This document shows, one piece after another, positions 12,226 to 24,115 of a stretch of 64,000 nucleotides of DNA. The DNA comes from Cirrosporium novae-zelandiae (lineage: Eukaryota): assembly GCA_026023565.1 (NCBI GenBank), contig JAPETS010000037.1, positions 62,001 to 126,000 on the forward strand, given 5' to 3'. The translations under genes and the position numbers were made by a program. The notes beneath the pieces were generated by a model that saw only the letters and a program-made list of their open reading frames with translations, did no database searches and had not been told where the DNA came from. The stretch's first letter is position 1, and the number at the start of each line of letters is the position of its first letter.

Positions 12226-13137
12226 TCAAATCTTTAAGGCCGAGCACAAGAAGTTAACCGCCAAGGAATACGCCTCTTCTCTAACCTTGGCTTCGTATGA
12301 GCCATCCTCCGCACTCTTGTCCCACGCATGACCGACACCTTGCAACCTCCGATTAACAACATTACCTCGACTCTTCACTATTTCCGATGCTAGCTCTTCT
12401 GCCTCCAAGCACAAATTATCGCCCTCACAGGTGACAATGAGAACATTTTCGGGGAATGTGCTTGCATCGATAAATGCCGGTGAAATGCGAGGATCTGATG
12501 GCTGGATAGATGGTGGTATATAGCAATCGGCAATGAAATTTGCGACGTAGGACGGGATAGGTTGGATTGGTGCAATAGCTTGTTTGGTTTCGGGTGGGAT
12601 GGAAAGATTGGTAGGCGGATAGAAAGCAAGAATAGCTCTGATTTGTGCTTTCGTCATATTTCCATGGTTTGAGGATGATGAAGCCACTAACGCGAGGTTT
12701 CCACCTGCACTGAAGCCCGACAAGGCGATCTTTTCAGGATCGAACTTTTCAGGTTGACCAAAAACCCATTCAATGACATCGCAGACATCTTCCAACCCAG
12801 CGGGGAAAGGGTGTTCGGGTGCTTTGCGGTAATCTGCATCTATCACGGTTATGCCGATCGCGTTGCTGACCCTGCTGCAGAAGAGGGCATCGCTCCCAAG
12901 AGCTGGAATAATAAATCCACTTCCGTGCCAGTTGATAAGGACGGGTTTTGCTCTTTGTGATTCACCATCATGAGGGTAATTATAGACGTGTAACTTGATC
13001 TGCCGTTCTTTCTCGCGCGATTCAATTTCAATTTGAGCGATCTCCTTAGGTGAAAGATCGCGTGTAAGCTGCCTTGAGGAGAGCCTAAGAAGCGTGGCAA
13101 GAGTCTTGCGTCGAATGAATGTGATGTAGCTAGCCAT
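12226..13137 (-). CDS. Hormone-sensitive-lipase-family esterase/lipase (Abhydrolase_3), intronless
   Basis: HGSG oxyanion motif, DYRKAPEHPFPAG, GFSAGG nucleophile, GDNL and GHAW. Confidence 0.9.
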   Translation of the reverse strand: MASYITFIRRKTLATLLRLSSRQLTRDLSPKEIAQIEIESREKERQIKLHVYNYPHDGESQRAKPVLINWHGSGFIIPALGSDALFCSRVSNAIGITVIDADYRKAPEHPFPAGLEDVCDVIEWVFGQPEKFDPEKIALSGFSAGGNLALVASSSSNHGNMTKAQIRAILAFYPPTNLSIPPETKQAIAPIQPIPSYVANFIADCYIPPSIQPSDPRISPAFIDASTFPENVLIVTCEGDNLCLEAEELASEIVKSRGNVVNRRLQGVGHAWDKSAEDGSYEAKVREEAYSLAVNFLCSALKI

Positions 13138-13557
13138 GCCTTCCTATACGATCGGATTGTTCTTTGGTCAATGATCCCCGAAATAGTAGGGGAAAGTGTA
13201 GAGACGGAGGCCAAGAACAGAATCTTAAATGGGGCAGAAGGGCCCGTCTATTTTTGGAGTATATCAAAAAATGAATATTGCTAGAAGTGATGCGGCCGTA
13301 GAGTCGGAAATGCGGCCGTATAATTCCTGTCTGGCCGCTTCAGATGGTACCGTCTTGTCTGTTCTTATCCCCGTCAGTACCTCCGAATATTACGTAGTTC
13401 AATCTTCTCCAAGCACACCTTATATATAATGTCCGATTCATCGCCCACGAGAGTATAACATTCAAACATCTCAGCCAACAAATACACTGTAACCAGTCCC
13501 CTTATCATCTGAAGTTACTATATTCTATTTATATCAGACTTTCAACCCATTTTCACC

Positions 13558-14556
13558 ATGACCTCAAAGTACGCTGCAGCTCACGCCTCGCCCAAAGGCC
13601 CTGGCGATGCTCGTCCCACGGCTCTGCAGATCATCAAAGATGAAGGTCTCGAGGGAAAGCTTACCGACGAAGTCATCTTCATCACCGGCTGTTCCTCGGG
13701 CCTCGGAATCGAGACTGCACGCGCTCTTTTAAAGACGGGGGCGACACTCTACCTTACGGCTCGCAATCCTGAGAAGGCGAGATCTGCATTAAAAGACGTT
13801 TTGGACCTGAGCCAGGTGCATCTCTTGACACTCGACCTCAGCTCACTTGCTAGCGTCCGCGCGTGCGCTGCCGAGTTCTTATCGAAGAGCAAGACTTTGA
13901 AGATCCTCATTAACAATGCTGGCGTTATGGCAACACCCGAAGGACGTACAGCAGACGGATTCGAAACTCAATTTGGGACTAATCACCTGGGCCATTTCCT
14001 CCTATTCCACTTGCTCAAGCCTGCTCTATTGGCCTCTTCTACCCCGACTTTTCACTCGCGCGTCATTATTGTATCTTCGAGCATGCATCGTGCGTCCAAG
14101 GTTCAATTTGACAACATCAATTTCGAAGGTAACTATGACCCATGGAAGGCTTATGGCCAGAGCAAGACAGCCTTGATATGGACGGCCAATGAGATTGAGC
14201 GGCGGTACGGGGTTAGGGGCCTCCATTCCTTCAGCCTGCATCCTGGGGGTATTTCAAGTGGACTTCAACAGCACGTTCCGCAAGAGCTTATGGAACGATG
14301 GGGAAAGGATACGACGCTTACATCTTACTTTAAGAGTGCAGAACAGGGCGCTGCAACGACCGTATGGGCAGCTGTGGCGAAAGAATTGGAAGGCCAGGGT
14401 GGGAGGTACCTCGAGGACTGCCAGATCAGTAAGCCTTGGGATCCCAAAACTGGAGACATGGGCCAGGGCCATTCAACATGGGCTTATGACAATGAAGGAG
14501 AGGAAAAGCTGTGGGCAAAGTCGTTGGAACTAGTAGGGCTGAAGAGTAACGATTAG
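13558..14556 (+). CDS. Short-chain dehydrogenase/reductase (WWOX/retinol-dehydrogenase-like), intronless
   Basis: TGCSSGLG Rossmann motif, LINNAG, FGTNHLGHF, YGQSK catalytic motif. Confidence 0.92.
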   Translation: MTSKYAAAHASPKGPGDARPTALQIIKDEGLEGKLTDEVIFITGCSSGLGIETARALLKTGATLYLTARNPEKARSALKDVLDLSQVHLLTLDLSSLASVRACAAEFLSKSKTLKILINNAGVMATPEGRTADGFETQFGTNHLGHFLLFHLLKPALLASSTPTFHSRVIIVSSSMHRASKVQFDNINFEGNYDPWKAYGQSKTALIWTANEIERRYGVRGLHSFSLHPGGISSGLQQHVPQELMERWGKDTTLTSYFKSAEQGAATTVWAAVAKELEGQGGRYLEDCQISKPWDPKTGDMGQGHSTWAYDNEGEEKLWAKSLELVGLKSND

Positions 14557-16040
14557 AGGCGTCCGAACGGCGTCTGAATATCAGTTTGGAAAATAACACA
14601 GAATAGTATTTCCAGCGGAATAGGAATCATTCCATGTTTTTTATCTTTCAAAAATCTATTAAAGTACCTCAACCTCTCTACGCGTAGGCTATCAGACGAT
14701 TTCATCGTCCGAGCATTTTTCTATGACAAATGGTGTTTATATTTCCCCTCCTTAGCACCACTTACTCTCAGTGTTGTGAATAGACCAGACCAAATAGACG
14801 GTCTATAGACCTTAAACCGATCAGATCTTGATTTCTCAAAGTCTATTTGGCCTATATAAATACGAATTATAAGGTGTGGGGGGGGGGAGTTGTTGAGGTT
14901 TTTTAAAGGAAGAAATTAACGACCCCGAGTTCCGAAAGGTTTCGATTTCTCTAATTAATTAATTAATTACCTAGTAACATTAGCTGTAATTAAACAAAAG
15001 CGCGTACCACCCACCCCCGTACCGTACGGGCTCTGTCAAGAATTGTGGAATTAAGCGAATGGCACCTTCAAACATGCAAACTTGTGGAATAGATAAATCT
15101 TTATGAAAGATAATCAAGTTATACTCGAGTACTATCTAGCTCGGCACGAAGTATACCGGAACATCATCATAACCCTCCCTAAATATATTAAACTCGATGA
15201 TAAACTTGAATTAATATTATACCATCAATCCTTACTCTTCCCCTGTGTAGCATTGAAAAGATGATATCTATAGGATAAATTTCAGAAAAATGTGACAGGG
15301 GCTTTGCTTTCTTTCTTTCCCCTTGATTCAAATAAAGACTTCCGTTCTATACTTATTTATAACAGAGAAGCGCCGATATCTCATCATTCTTGATAGGACT
15401 AGAGATTATTATATCTATGAACTTGTTTGTAGGTACCCCCTCGCTGGATTCGGATCTAACAACTCCCTCTTTCCCCCTTGGTTTTGAAGCTTTCTAGAAA
15501 ATTTATAAATGTCGCCTATTTTTCGCTGGTTATTCACGATCGTCGCTCCCGCTTCTTCATTCCCCCCCTCCTCCTTCTCTTTCTGTTCTCTCAACTCTCT
15601 CTCCGCACTAGCTGCCCTGTCACTACATTTTCTCGCAACCAATCGAAGCTCCCGAGTCCCATCGTTTTCTCATTAACCCCTATGTTTGCGCCTACTATGA
15701 TAACCCGTCCCATGGAATATGCTGACGCGGGTCATGTCCCGTCCATTTCTTGATACTGTTAGAAGGATGCCTCCGAACTCAATGCTCTATGCCACCATTC
15801 CACCTGGGTTCGCTTGTTCCGAGTAAGTGATCTGTGACCTATGCCGATGTGATATCTGCTTGCATATGGTGGGGACGAAATGCCTAGTAGGTGGTGTCTA
15901 GGTGGGCTAATTTATGTAGGATGGATGGATTACTCTGGATTTATGGGACGATGCTTTCGAGCGACGTTGAACATGATAATGTGAGCTTTGCTCGATTAAT
16001 TGTGATTTTTTGCTGGATACTGCAATCTACTAAAAATGCA

Positions 16041-16848
16041 CTAGGCCCCCAGCGGCTCAATTTTTACCCATTCATTCCCCGGATGAGTAACCTCTACGGT
16101 CAAATGGCACATAAAGCAATAATCGATGTCGTTACAAAGACGGCAGTAGAATTGAAGGCCGTATATTTCCTTTGTTTTGGTTAGAACTTTTCTATGAAAT
16201 TAATAAGTGAGAGACTTACATGGAAGCAACCATCGCATAGAAATTTGACAGGCACTTCGCTTTGGAGAAGGGCCGTGCCCTCTCTCTTGAAAATACTTAT
16301 TAGTGCCTCCTGCCTTTAACATGTCAATTCTAGTGTTGAGCTTACTGATAAAGCAGTGCTTTGAAGTAGTTGTCCATCTTCTTTTACAATATTCGTATTC
16401 TCATAAAAAAAGGCGATGGCATACGGTGTTCATTGACCTGGTGGCTCAGATGTTGTGATTGTGTTTCCCTTAAATCCTGCTGCAGCCAGAATATTGATGA
16501 GCTTTATATCCCCAGCCCTGCATGCCAAGTGAACGGGGGACCAGTATTAACTATTTGCATCGTTGGAGTTCATTAGCTGCAGAATCCTGTTCACAGCTTC
16601 AATTGAACCTCCACAGGCGGCGTAGTGTAAGACTGAATCTCCTTTTATATCTTTGGCCGCGATGTCAAATCCCTGGTCGAGAAGATAGTTGAAACCTTCT
16701 ATCTGATTGTAACGAGCAGCGATGTGAAGAGGACTCCGCCCTTGGCTATCTGTAGAGTTAGAATTGAGCCCATTCTGCTGCAGAACTAATTGCAAAAGCT
16801 TGACATCGCCATTAGAAGCTGCTGAATTCAACACATTACTATAAAACT
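16041..16848 (-). pseudogene. Decayed 3' part of the NLR gene: further ankyrin repeats plus ZZ-type zinc finger
   Basis: After a frameshift near 16848 the frame continues FYSNVLNSAASNG...GRSPLHIAA...DSVLHYAA, with stops at 16547-16549 (TAA) and 16430-16432 (TGA, GQ*TP), two introns, then CDGCFH|EIYGLQFYCRLCNDIDYCFMCHLTVEVTH, stop at 16041-16043. Confidence 0.8.
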
Positions 16849-19800
16849 CCTCCTTCAGCATTAGGGTTGGCGCTTTCATTCAACAGCAGATGCACAATAT
16901 CTTCATTCCCTTGAGCTAAAGCTGCCTTTAACACGGTGCCATACCATCCACTTTTATCATTGATGTTAGCTCCTCGATCCAGCAATAATTTGATGATTTC
17001 TAAATAACCCCTTTCTACTGCTAAATATAAAGAGGGCCATCCGTAATTAACAGTAATATTTGGATCGGCTCCTCGATCCAGCAATAATTTGACGATTTCT
17101 AAATGGCCACTCTCTGTTGCGAAATATAAAGGGGTCCATCCGTAATTAGTAGTAATATTTGGATCGGCCCCTCGATCCAGCAATAATTTGATGATTTCTA
17201 AATGGCCACTCTTTGTTGCGAAATATAAAGGGGGCCATCCGTAATTAATAGTAATATTTGGATCGGCTCCTCGATCCAGCAATAATTTGACGATTTCTAA
17301 ATGGCCACTCTCTGTTGCGGAACTCAAAGGGGTCCATTCGTAATTAGTAGTAATATTTGGATCGGCCCCTCGATCCAGTAATAATTTAACGATTTCTAAA
17401 TGGCCACTCTCTGCTGCGGAATTCAAAGTAGTCCATCCAAATTTGTTTTGGGTGTTTATATTAGATCCGGCTTCTAAAAGAAAAACCACGGTTGTGTAAT
17501 GGCCGTTCATGGCTGCCAAGTATAAAGACATTCTCCCCATTGGATCTACGAGCGCCAAATTTGCACCTAAGTTTATTAAGCATTGAACCATGTTTTGCTG
17601 ACCAGTAGCTGCTGCAGCATTGAGTGCAGAACCAAATTCTCCACCATCGAGATTAATATCAGCACCTTCGTTGATCAGGTATGCGAATATGTCTGCGTGG
17701 CCTTGAGCACATGCTGCCTGCAATGCAGTTCCGTATTTCCCCCCGATGGAATTAAGGTCCGCTTGGCCTTTAGTCAAAAGAAACTTTAGAGTAGGTAAGA
17801 AACCTAAAAGGGCAGCATAATACAAGGATGTTGAAGGTTTTCTTTCCCATTCAGTATCTTCTAACCTTGCCTCTTCGACTGATTCGAAATATGCTTTCCA
17901 AGCATCGAAATTAGGGTTGTCTGGGTGAAATAATTCATTGAGGAGATTGGTTAATTTGTGGTCAGTTGTTATCGTTCCATTTATATGCAAATGCCATGAT
18001 CTAGCGGCATAGTCACGAAATGCAGAAAAATAGCTTGTATTTTCGTCGAAGCTTGGATTCTTCCATATCTCCTTGTGGTTCAAATATCGTAGACAGACTT
18101 TAGAAAGCTCGCCGTTTGCCGCATCAGGATCTAAAAATGGAATGGGAAAAGTTTTCTGCACTTGAGAATTAGGTGGTTTGGAAAGAAGATATTCCTTAAC
18201 TGAAGCATGAACTAGATGAACGGTTTGAAAGCCTGGTGGTTTCTCAGGATCCGCGGCTCGAATGTCGATAAGAGAACCACAAAAGCCCTTTATTGCAGAG
18301 TCGATGTATTCGTCATCAATGCTATCAGGTAATTCGTCAATTTGAAGGTTCTCGTTTTCGTCGTTAGGATCAATGACGAGTGCTTCGGTAATTTCATATA
18401 CTGTCATGGGTCTAAGTGCGAATGTGGCCCAGCGAAGAATAGCAATAGCACGGTTCTGGTCATCATATTCAAGGCTCTGAATGCGCTTCAAATCACGTTC
18501 GTATGTGGAATCAAGTCCTCGGGGCATGCCGTTCACAATATCTTGAAGTTGCCTGCGGGATCTCCAGCCCTGCAACTGACCTTGTTGCAGTTTTATCCAT
18601 AAAAACATACCTTCGCATCTTTTTGCCATATCTAAAGCAAATTCTTCGCGAATAGATTGGGGTTTTTTCGACAACTTTTCATCAACGATGCTTTTCGAGT
18701 AGAGAGTAATATCAGATTGAGTATCGCTTTTCGAGATTCTGCACTCAAGCATGACATACTCTGGACGGTTCTCTGCCGCTGAACAGATTTGGGATTTTAT
18801 ATCAACTTCATCCCGACTTATTATCAAGACCCGTGCTTCGGTTCCTGCTACTGCCATTTTAAGCTCTTGAAGGAAATGAATCCGGAAGTCATCTCCTTGG
18901 CTATATTCATCTAGCCCGTCAACCACGAAAGTACAATTTGGGACTTGGGACACGATGCTCCTAAACAAAACCCAAGTCTTATTTTGTGACGCCATCTGGC
19001 CAATTTCGTCTTCTTGCAAGGTCTCTTTGGCCAGTTCAAAAGCGTCTTGGTTAAGTCTTATAATCTGTGAGATCCAAGATCGAACAATGCCATCCGGCTG
19101 GCCTCCAGCTTGAACGTGGTTATGGGAAAATAAGTACACTGTTGGGCGTGTCGAAACCTCTTTCAAGTGTTGAATCAATCTTGCACAGAGGATAGTTTTG
19201 CCAAATCCGGCGGGTCCACAGATCCAAAGGAACTTGGTAGCTTTGTCGGGAAAATCTGTTGATGCCCATGCTTTATATGCAAAATTATCCAAAATCCAGT
19301 CACAAGTTCCTTCAAGGCGCAAGGAAACATATTTCTCATATTGCTGGTCCATTTTAGTCACATCGAGCCACCCGTCGATTTCTTTTAGCATTTGAATGAC
19401 GGTACTGCGTCGAGTTCCTTCGATTAGGGCCTGAATATCGTTTTGAAAACTGGCCAATGTATTTTTGCTACGAGTGAGGTCATCTGAATTGACATATTAG
19501 ATACATTTTGTGCCTCAAGTAGGATGAAATACCTTCAACATAATTCCCTTGCTTATCTGTAGCTATTATTCGCTTTGTGTCTTCATTCGGGGGCACAAGA
19601 GCGTGAAGTTTGGCAACCAATACCTCAAATATCTCAACTTGACCCGTAAACTTTTCTTTTCGTCCACATGCCCAAGCAAACTTGCTCCTTTTAGAAGTGG
19701 GTAATCGCATCACTTTTCTGTCTTTTGTCTGACTCTGGGAAGAACTAGGCAAGTCTAGGGAAGTTCCATCAACCCCTCCAGAAGAAAGCCGTAATTGAGT

Positions 19801-20091
19801 TTTAGTACGCTCTGTGGTTTGAAATATTTCGCAAATACTAGTAAGAACCATCTCTACCCCGGCAACGATCTGAGGATGGTCAAGGCGAGGATGATGCGAA
19901 TCTCTTAATTTACCATCAGCTATTCCAACGGCGTCTGCCCAGCTTCGCAGCCTGATCTTTTCTGCCTCGAAGCGAGTGGCCGTTGTACGTGAATGGATCC
20001 CGAATTCTTTGAAGGACCCAACCCGTTCTAGAACATCCCCATACACACTAATCAGACTTGCAACACTAATAGTAAATCCCACGAACTCCAT
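16839..20091 (-). CDS. Fungal NLR-like protein: HeLo domain - NACHT NTPase - ankyrin repeats
   Basis: Exon 1 (ATG 20091) HeLo-like RFEAEKIRLRSWADAVG...HPRLDHP; 49-nt intron 19532-19484 joins it in frame to NACHT (GPAGFGKT, FVVDGLDE, GMFLWI, LVHASVKEYL) and multiple ANK repeats. Confidence 0.88.
16955..17450 (-). repeat. Five highly similar 99-bp ankyrin-coding repeats
   Basis: 33-aa units xNYGW[TP]PLxxAxESGHLEI[VI]KLLLDRGADPNIT with near-identical DNA (CCTCGATCCAG(C/T)AATAATTT recurs every 99 bp). Confidence 0.95.
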
Positions 20092-22044
20092 GATCTGCAA
20101 GACAAAATGGAAGCTTCAGATTCAATTTTAATAGTCTTTTAAAAGCAATAGTGATCGAGAAAGTGATAACTTGGAAAAGTGTTCGGGAAAATGGAGAAAG
20201 AGAAGGCAAAGAACACATAATTGAAAAAAAAAAGGATTTGAACAGGCCTCTGCACGTCAACACAGCCAGTATGCCAAGGCGGGGTCCACCCCACCATCAT
20301 GATGTGCTATCAGCCTTGGGCTTTACCTTACTATGGTATCAGGCGAAACAATCCATCCTAACTAGCTAAAGTGCTGGGGGCAGTGCTAAATGAGGAGCTG
20401 AAATTCAAAAGTAGATAATAAAAACGACGTGAAGAGGGTGAAGTAGAGTGATAACGACAAATCGATTGGACGGAGTAAGGCCTGAGACAGTGAGACAGTT
20501 ATTCACAACGCTAGTAGCGTCCAGGATAAATGTAAGTAAGACTGCAATGGCAGCCTAAGGATGTAGGCTACGTGTGAGAAGAGAGCTAGGGTATGCAAGC
20601 AGGAATAAGTATATTGAATGGATTGGTATGGAAAAGTTTGGCGTAGCGGGTTCGCCCGCGCCGGAATAACTATATTCCGTGGTCCGAGATTATAAGGTTT
20701 TATACCTATTCCTTACCACACACTACTCTACATGTTATCAAATAGAATCCGCGATAAATGCAACTATAATTCGACCTGATGTGTGAAGGATCATGCCTAA
20801 TAGCGTAGGTAGCGCGATGCAAGCCTCACTGTCCTCCCTCTTCGACTTTCTTGCTGCCTACTCGAGTATAAGGGTCTTCTCTCCTCATGGCATGCTTCCC
20901 CGCATCTCGTTCTCACCTCTAATACATATTTCTAAATCCCATTTTCTATACCTCGCTCCTCACTCCTGGGCAGCTTGTTCGTGAAAAAATAGAAGAGGGC
21001 AGGGACAAAACTAAGCGATTACATGAATAGAAAGACCCTAAACTATAGTCTCGTAGATCTACACGGCTGCCTCAGGCAGTCATAATACAGGGTTATTATT
21101 AGGGCAGGGCTTAAATTAGGCAGTTTGGTAAGAATAGCCATCTAGTAGTTAATGTAGACCGTATAATAATGGAGATAAGATAGCAATAATATACTGATGG
21201 ATTCACGTGCAAGACGTAAACGATGATGATTGTTCAAATACGCCCGCAGAGTAGATGCAAAGGTCCAACGCTGACCTGACAAGTCAAGCAGCGTTCTCTT
21301 TTAAATAGGATATTGCAACGCGTCTCGCGTTGTGAGCGCAAGCGCTTTGACGAGTCTTGGTATGCCCTCCTGTAACACTATAGCCAAGATGCCGCCTCTA
21401 CGGAATGAAATGGTCCATATAATACTAGATCTAATTTTTGTGCTGGGTATATTCGGTATGTACTACTCGTTGACTTTGAATTAGATATTCTTTATAGTAC
21501 TAGTAAATTCTATGTGTACATATGACTCCATCCTCCAGTCCCTTCCTTGGGAAGGGATAAGGTTATGACATCACATATTATGCGAATAAGGAGGGAAAGG
21601 TGAGACAAGAAAATCTGACAGGTATTAGATACATATATATATGGTGAAGTATCATGATCACGTAACCCCCTCCCCTCCTGCTTCCAAGATTCTCCAAATT
21701 TCCCTAACTCCTTCCAATATATATCTATATCATGAGTAGCCGCCTTTATATGAAATAGATGTTTTGTTGGTATGCGGTTTATACACCCCAAGGTCAGTAA
21801 AACAATGCAATTTCTCCTGCATGCAAAGAAACCTCTAATCCGCCGATGCGACCTCTTTTTTGAGTTCTATACCGTATCTTTTGGGATAGACTGTAAATTC
21901 TCGAGGGAAGATGCTATAAATGTAACATATGAAATTATAAAGTAGATTTGAAATGGAATGCTTTTGTCTCGGCGTGGTGAAGTAGATGATAATGGTATTG
22001 TTCATTGAATGAAATCGGCATGTGTACGGTAGTTGCTTCGCTGG

Positions 22045-22711
22045 CTAGGGCGCTGCTGTAGTGGTGGATGCAGATGGCTCGGGCGACTTTAGAGTTGATT
22101 TTGTTAAGGCCTTGGTTAGCTCATCTTCAGAGAAGGGCGTGTTATTCTTTGCTGATTCTGGTTGTGTTGTGGCTTCATTTGTCCTAGGCATTATCTCTAT
22201 GTTGATGGGTTTTGCACGGTTTTCTGATTTTGCCCTTGTTGTTGCTGTGTGTGATCTGGTGCTTGGTTGTGTTGTTCCTTCATGGGTATGTACTCGCGAC
22301 ATGCCAACTGTAGAGCATTAGTTATACTAATTACCTGCACCATAAGAATTATACCTATAAATGATGCATACCGTAGGCGACATCTCCTTCATCCCCTTCC
22401 ATCTTCTCCCTAACTAAACTCCGTCGGCCTCTTTCCCGACTCTTCCGTCCTACACTTCGTAAACTATTCCGACGACTCGGCACTCGGCTTCCGAATGGTG
22501 AATATAACGAAGTGGTGCTCGGACGACGACCCCAAGCATCAGCAAGGGAGAATTCTTTTAGCTTGTTGGCACATGCTTGATCGAAACGGCGGCTATATTT
22601 AGGGTGAGGAAAGTCTCCATTTGATGTCTTGGTAGACTTGGCGGATTTGGACTTGGACAGAGAGGTGGTACTGCGGCGAAAAGCTTTTTTAAGACGTGAG
22701 CTGAGAGTCAT
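22045..22711 (-). CDS. Small basic Ser/Arg-rich hypothetical protein, 2 exons
   Basis: ORFs 22355-22822 and 22045-22302 join via GTATGC...CTAAT...CAG intron (22371-22308), giving DVAYVGMSRVHT. Confidence 0.7.
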
Positions 22712-24115
22712 GATGAAGACGCTGGAAAGAAGTAAAGTTTCATCAAAGATGGAACGGGGTATTTGGATTGACAGATGGAATGGAAAGTGAATGGAGTACT
22801 CAGATGAGCTACCAGTCGACAACCATGCCTCATGAATGGTGACGGAAGCAATGGAGAAGGAATTTGAAGAATGAATGAATCTAAAGTTTGAAGAGTCCTG
22901 GGGAGAATAGACTAGATTATGACGCCAATTTGCCGGAAGGCATGGGAGGCAAAGCCTAAAGATCTAATCTCCTATTGGGGAGAAGTGTAATGTTGAGGAT
23001 CCTTGAATTTGAAGAGCCAAGCTTTACCGGGTAAAGACGTTGGGTATGTGGGATTTGGCATTTGTCTCAAGCACATGTGAACTCTGTCACGGAAAGAAAC
23101 TAAAATGTAGAACATTATTGGTAGATGATTGGAACTCATTTTCCAGTTTTGAAGCCGTTGAATTGTAATTGAGGGAAAGGGAAAGGAGGCTTTTTAGGGG
23201 ATCACGGGATCTGGGATCTGCCGAGGGTATTGAAGTCTCGGCCGAGTTCTTAGAGTACCACACTCAACACTCAACACTCAACACTAATAAGTATTCAAGG
23301 ACCTACCTAACCCGTATAAAATAAATAGACTGTATTTAGAAAAAATATTAAATGTAGATATAGACTACTTATTGACTTGCATCACTCAAAAGACTTTTTA
23401 TTTGAGACTGTGATGGAAATTCTTTTTCGCTGGGGGGGATGTTGATCATTATTCAAAGGACTGGATGGAAGACCAAAGGGCTAAAGGGGGAGTGGGGGCG
23501 CTGATGGGCGGCTTTTAATTAAATGATTTTCCTGACTGTGGCTGATGGGGATCTCGGTACCTTGGATGCGGATAGACTACTACATCATCGTCCCCCTAGC
23601 CAAATTCATCAGATACAAATCCGGAATGCGGGGCAACTTTTTGACACCTGAATTAATCAAGGATCTCATGTGTGATGACGGGGCTTGTTTACATAAAATT
23701 CAATTGTGCGCGGGTAGCTGCATACATTAATCCAACTTCCAAGTGTTTGACAGCCGTAACACCTTGAATGGAGTTGAGGCATCTCCAAGCCCAAAACGCC
23801 ACCTATTTCATCATCTTCCCTTCCCCTCGTTACTTCCTTTGCTGGTTATAATTACTATTATTTCCATACACAAGTTTCATCAAACTCTACATTCGAATAT
23901 ACGTCAAAACCAAATACGTATAAGGCTTTGGTCCTTTATTCTCCTGACTCTCCTGGTTCTACCAAGTACTCCTTGTTGTATATCTTCTCTGCACCCCGGC
24001 TGTTTAGTTTAACCAGGGCATCTATTTTATTTCTCTGTAATATCCAACTCTCCATTCACTCCAAGATTGTTCAACTTCACATTCAGTCTCATCCAAATCC
24101 CACAGACAGTTGGCT

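Noticed and set aside
15415..15880. Short ORFs and a Cys/His-rich fragment downstream of the NLR
   Set aside because: No consistent frame or recognisable family; cannot be supported as a gene.
16287..16345. Third premature stop (TAA) in the NLR tail
   Set aside because: It lies within a likely 60-nt GTAAGC...CTAAT...AAG intron, so it is not counted as a lesion.
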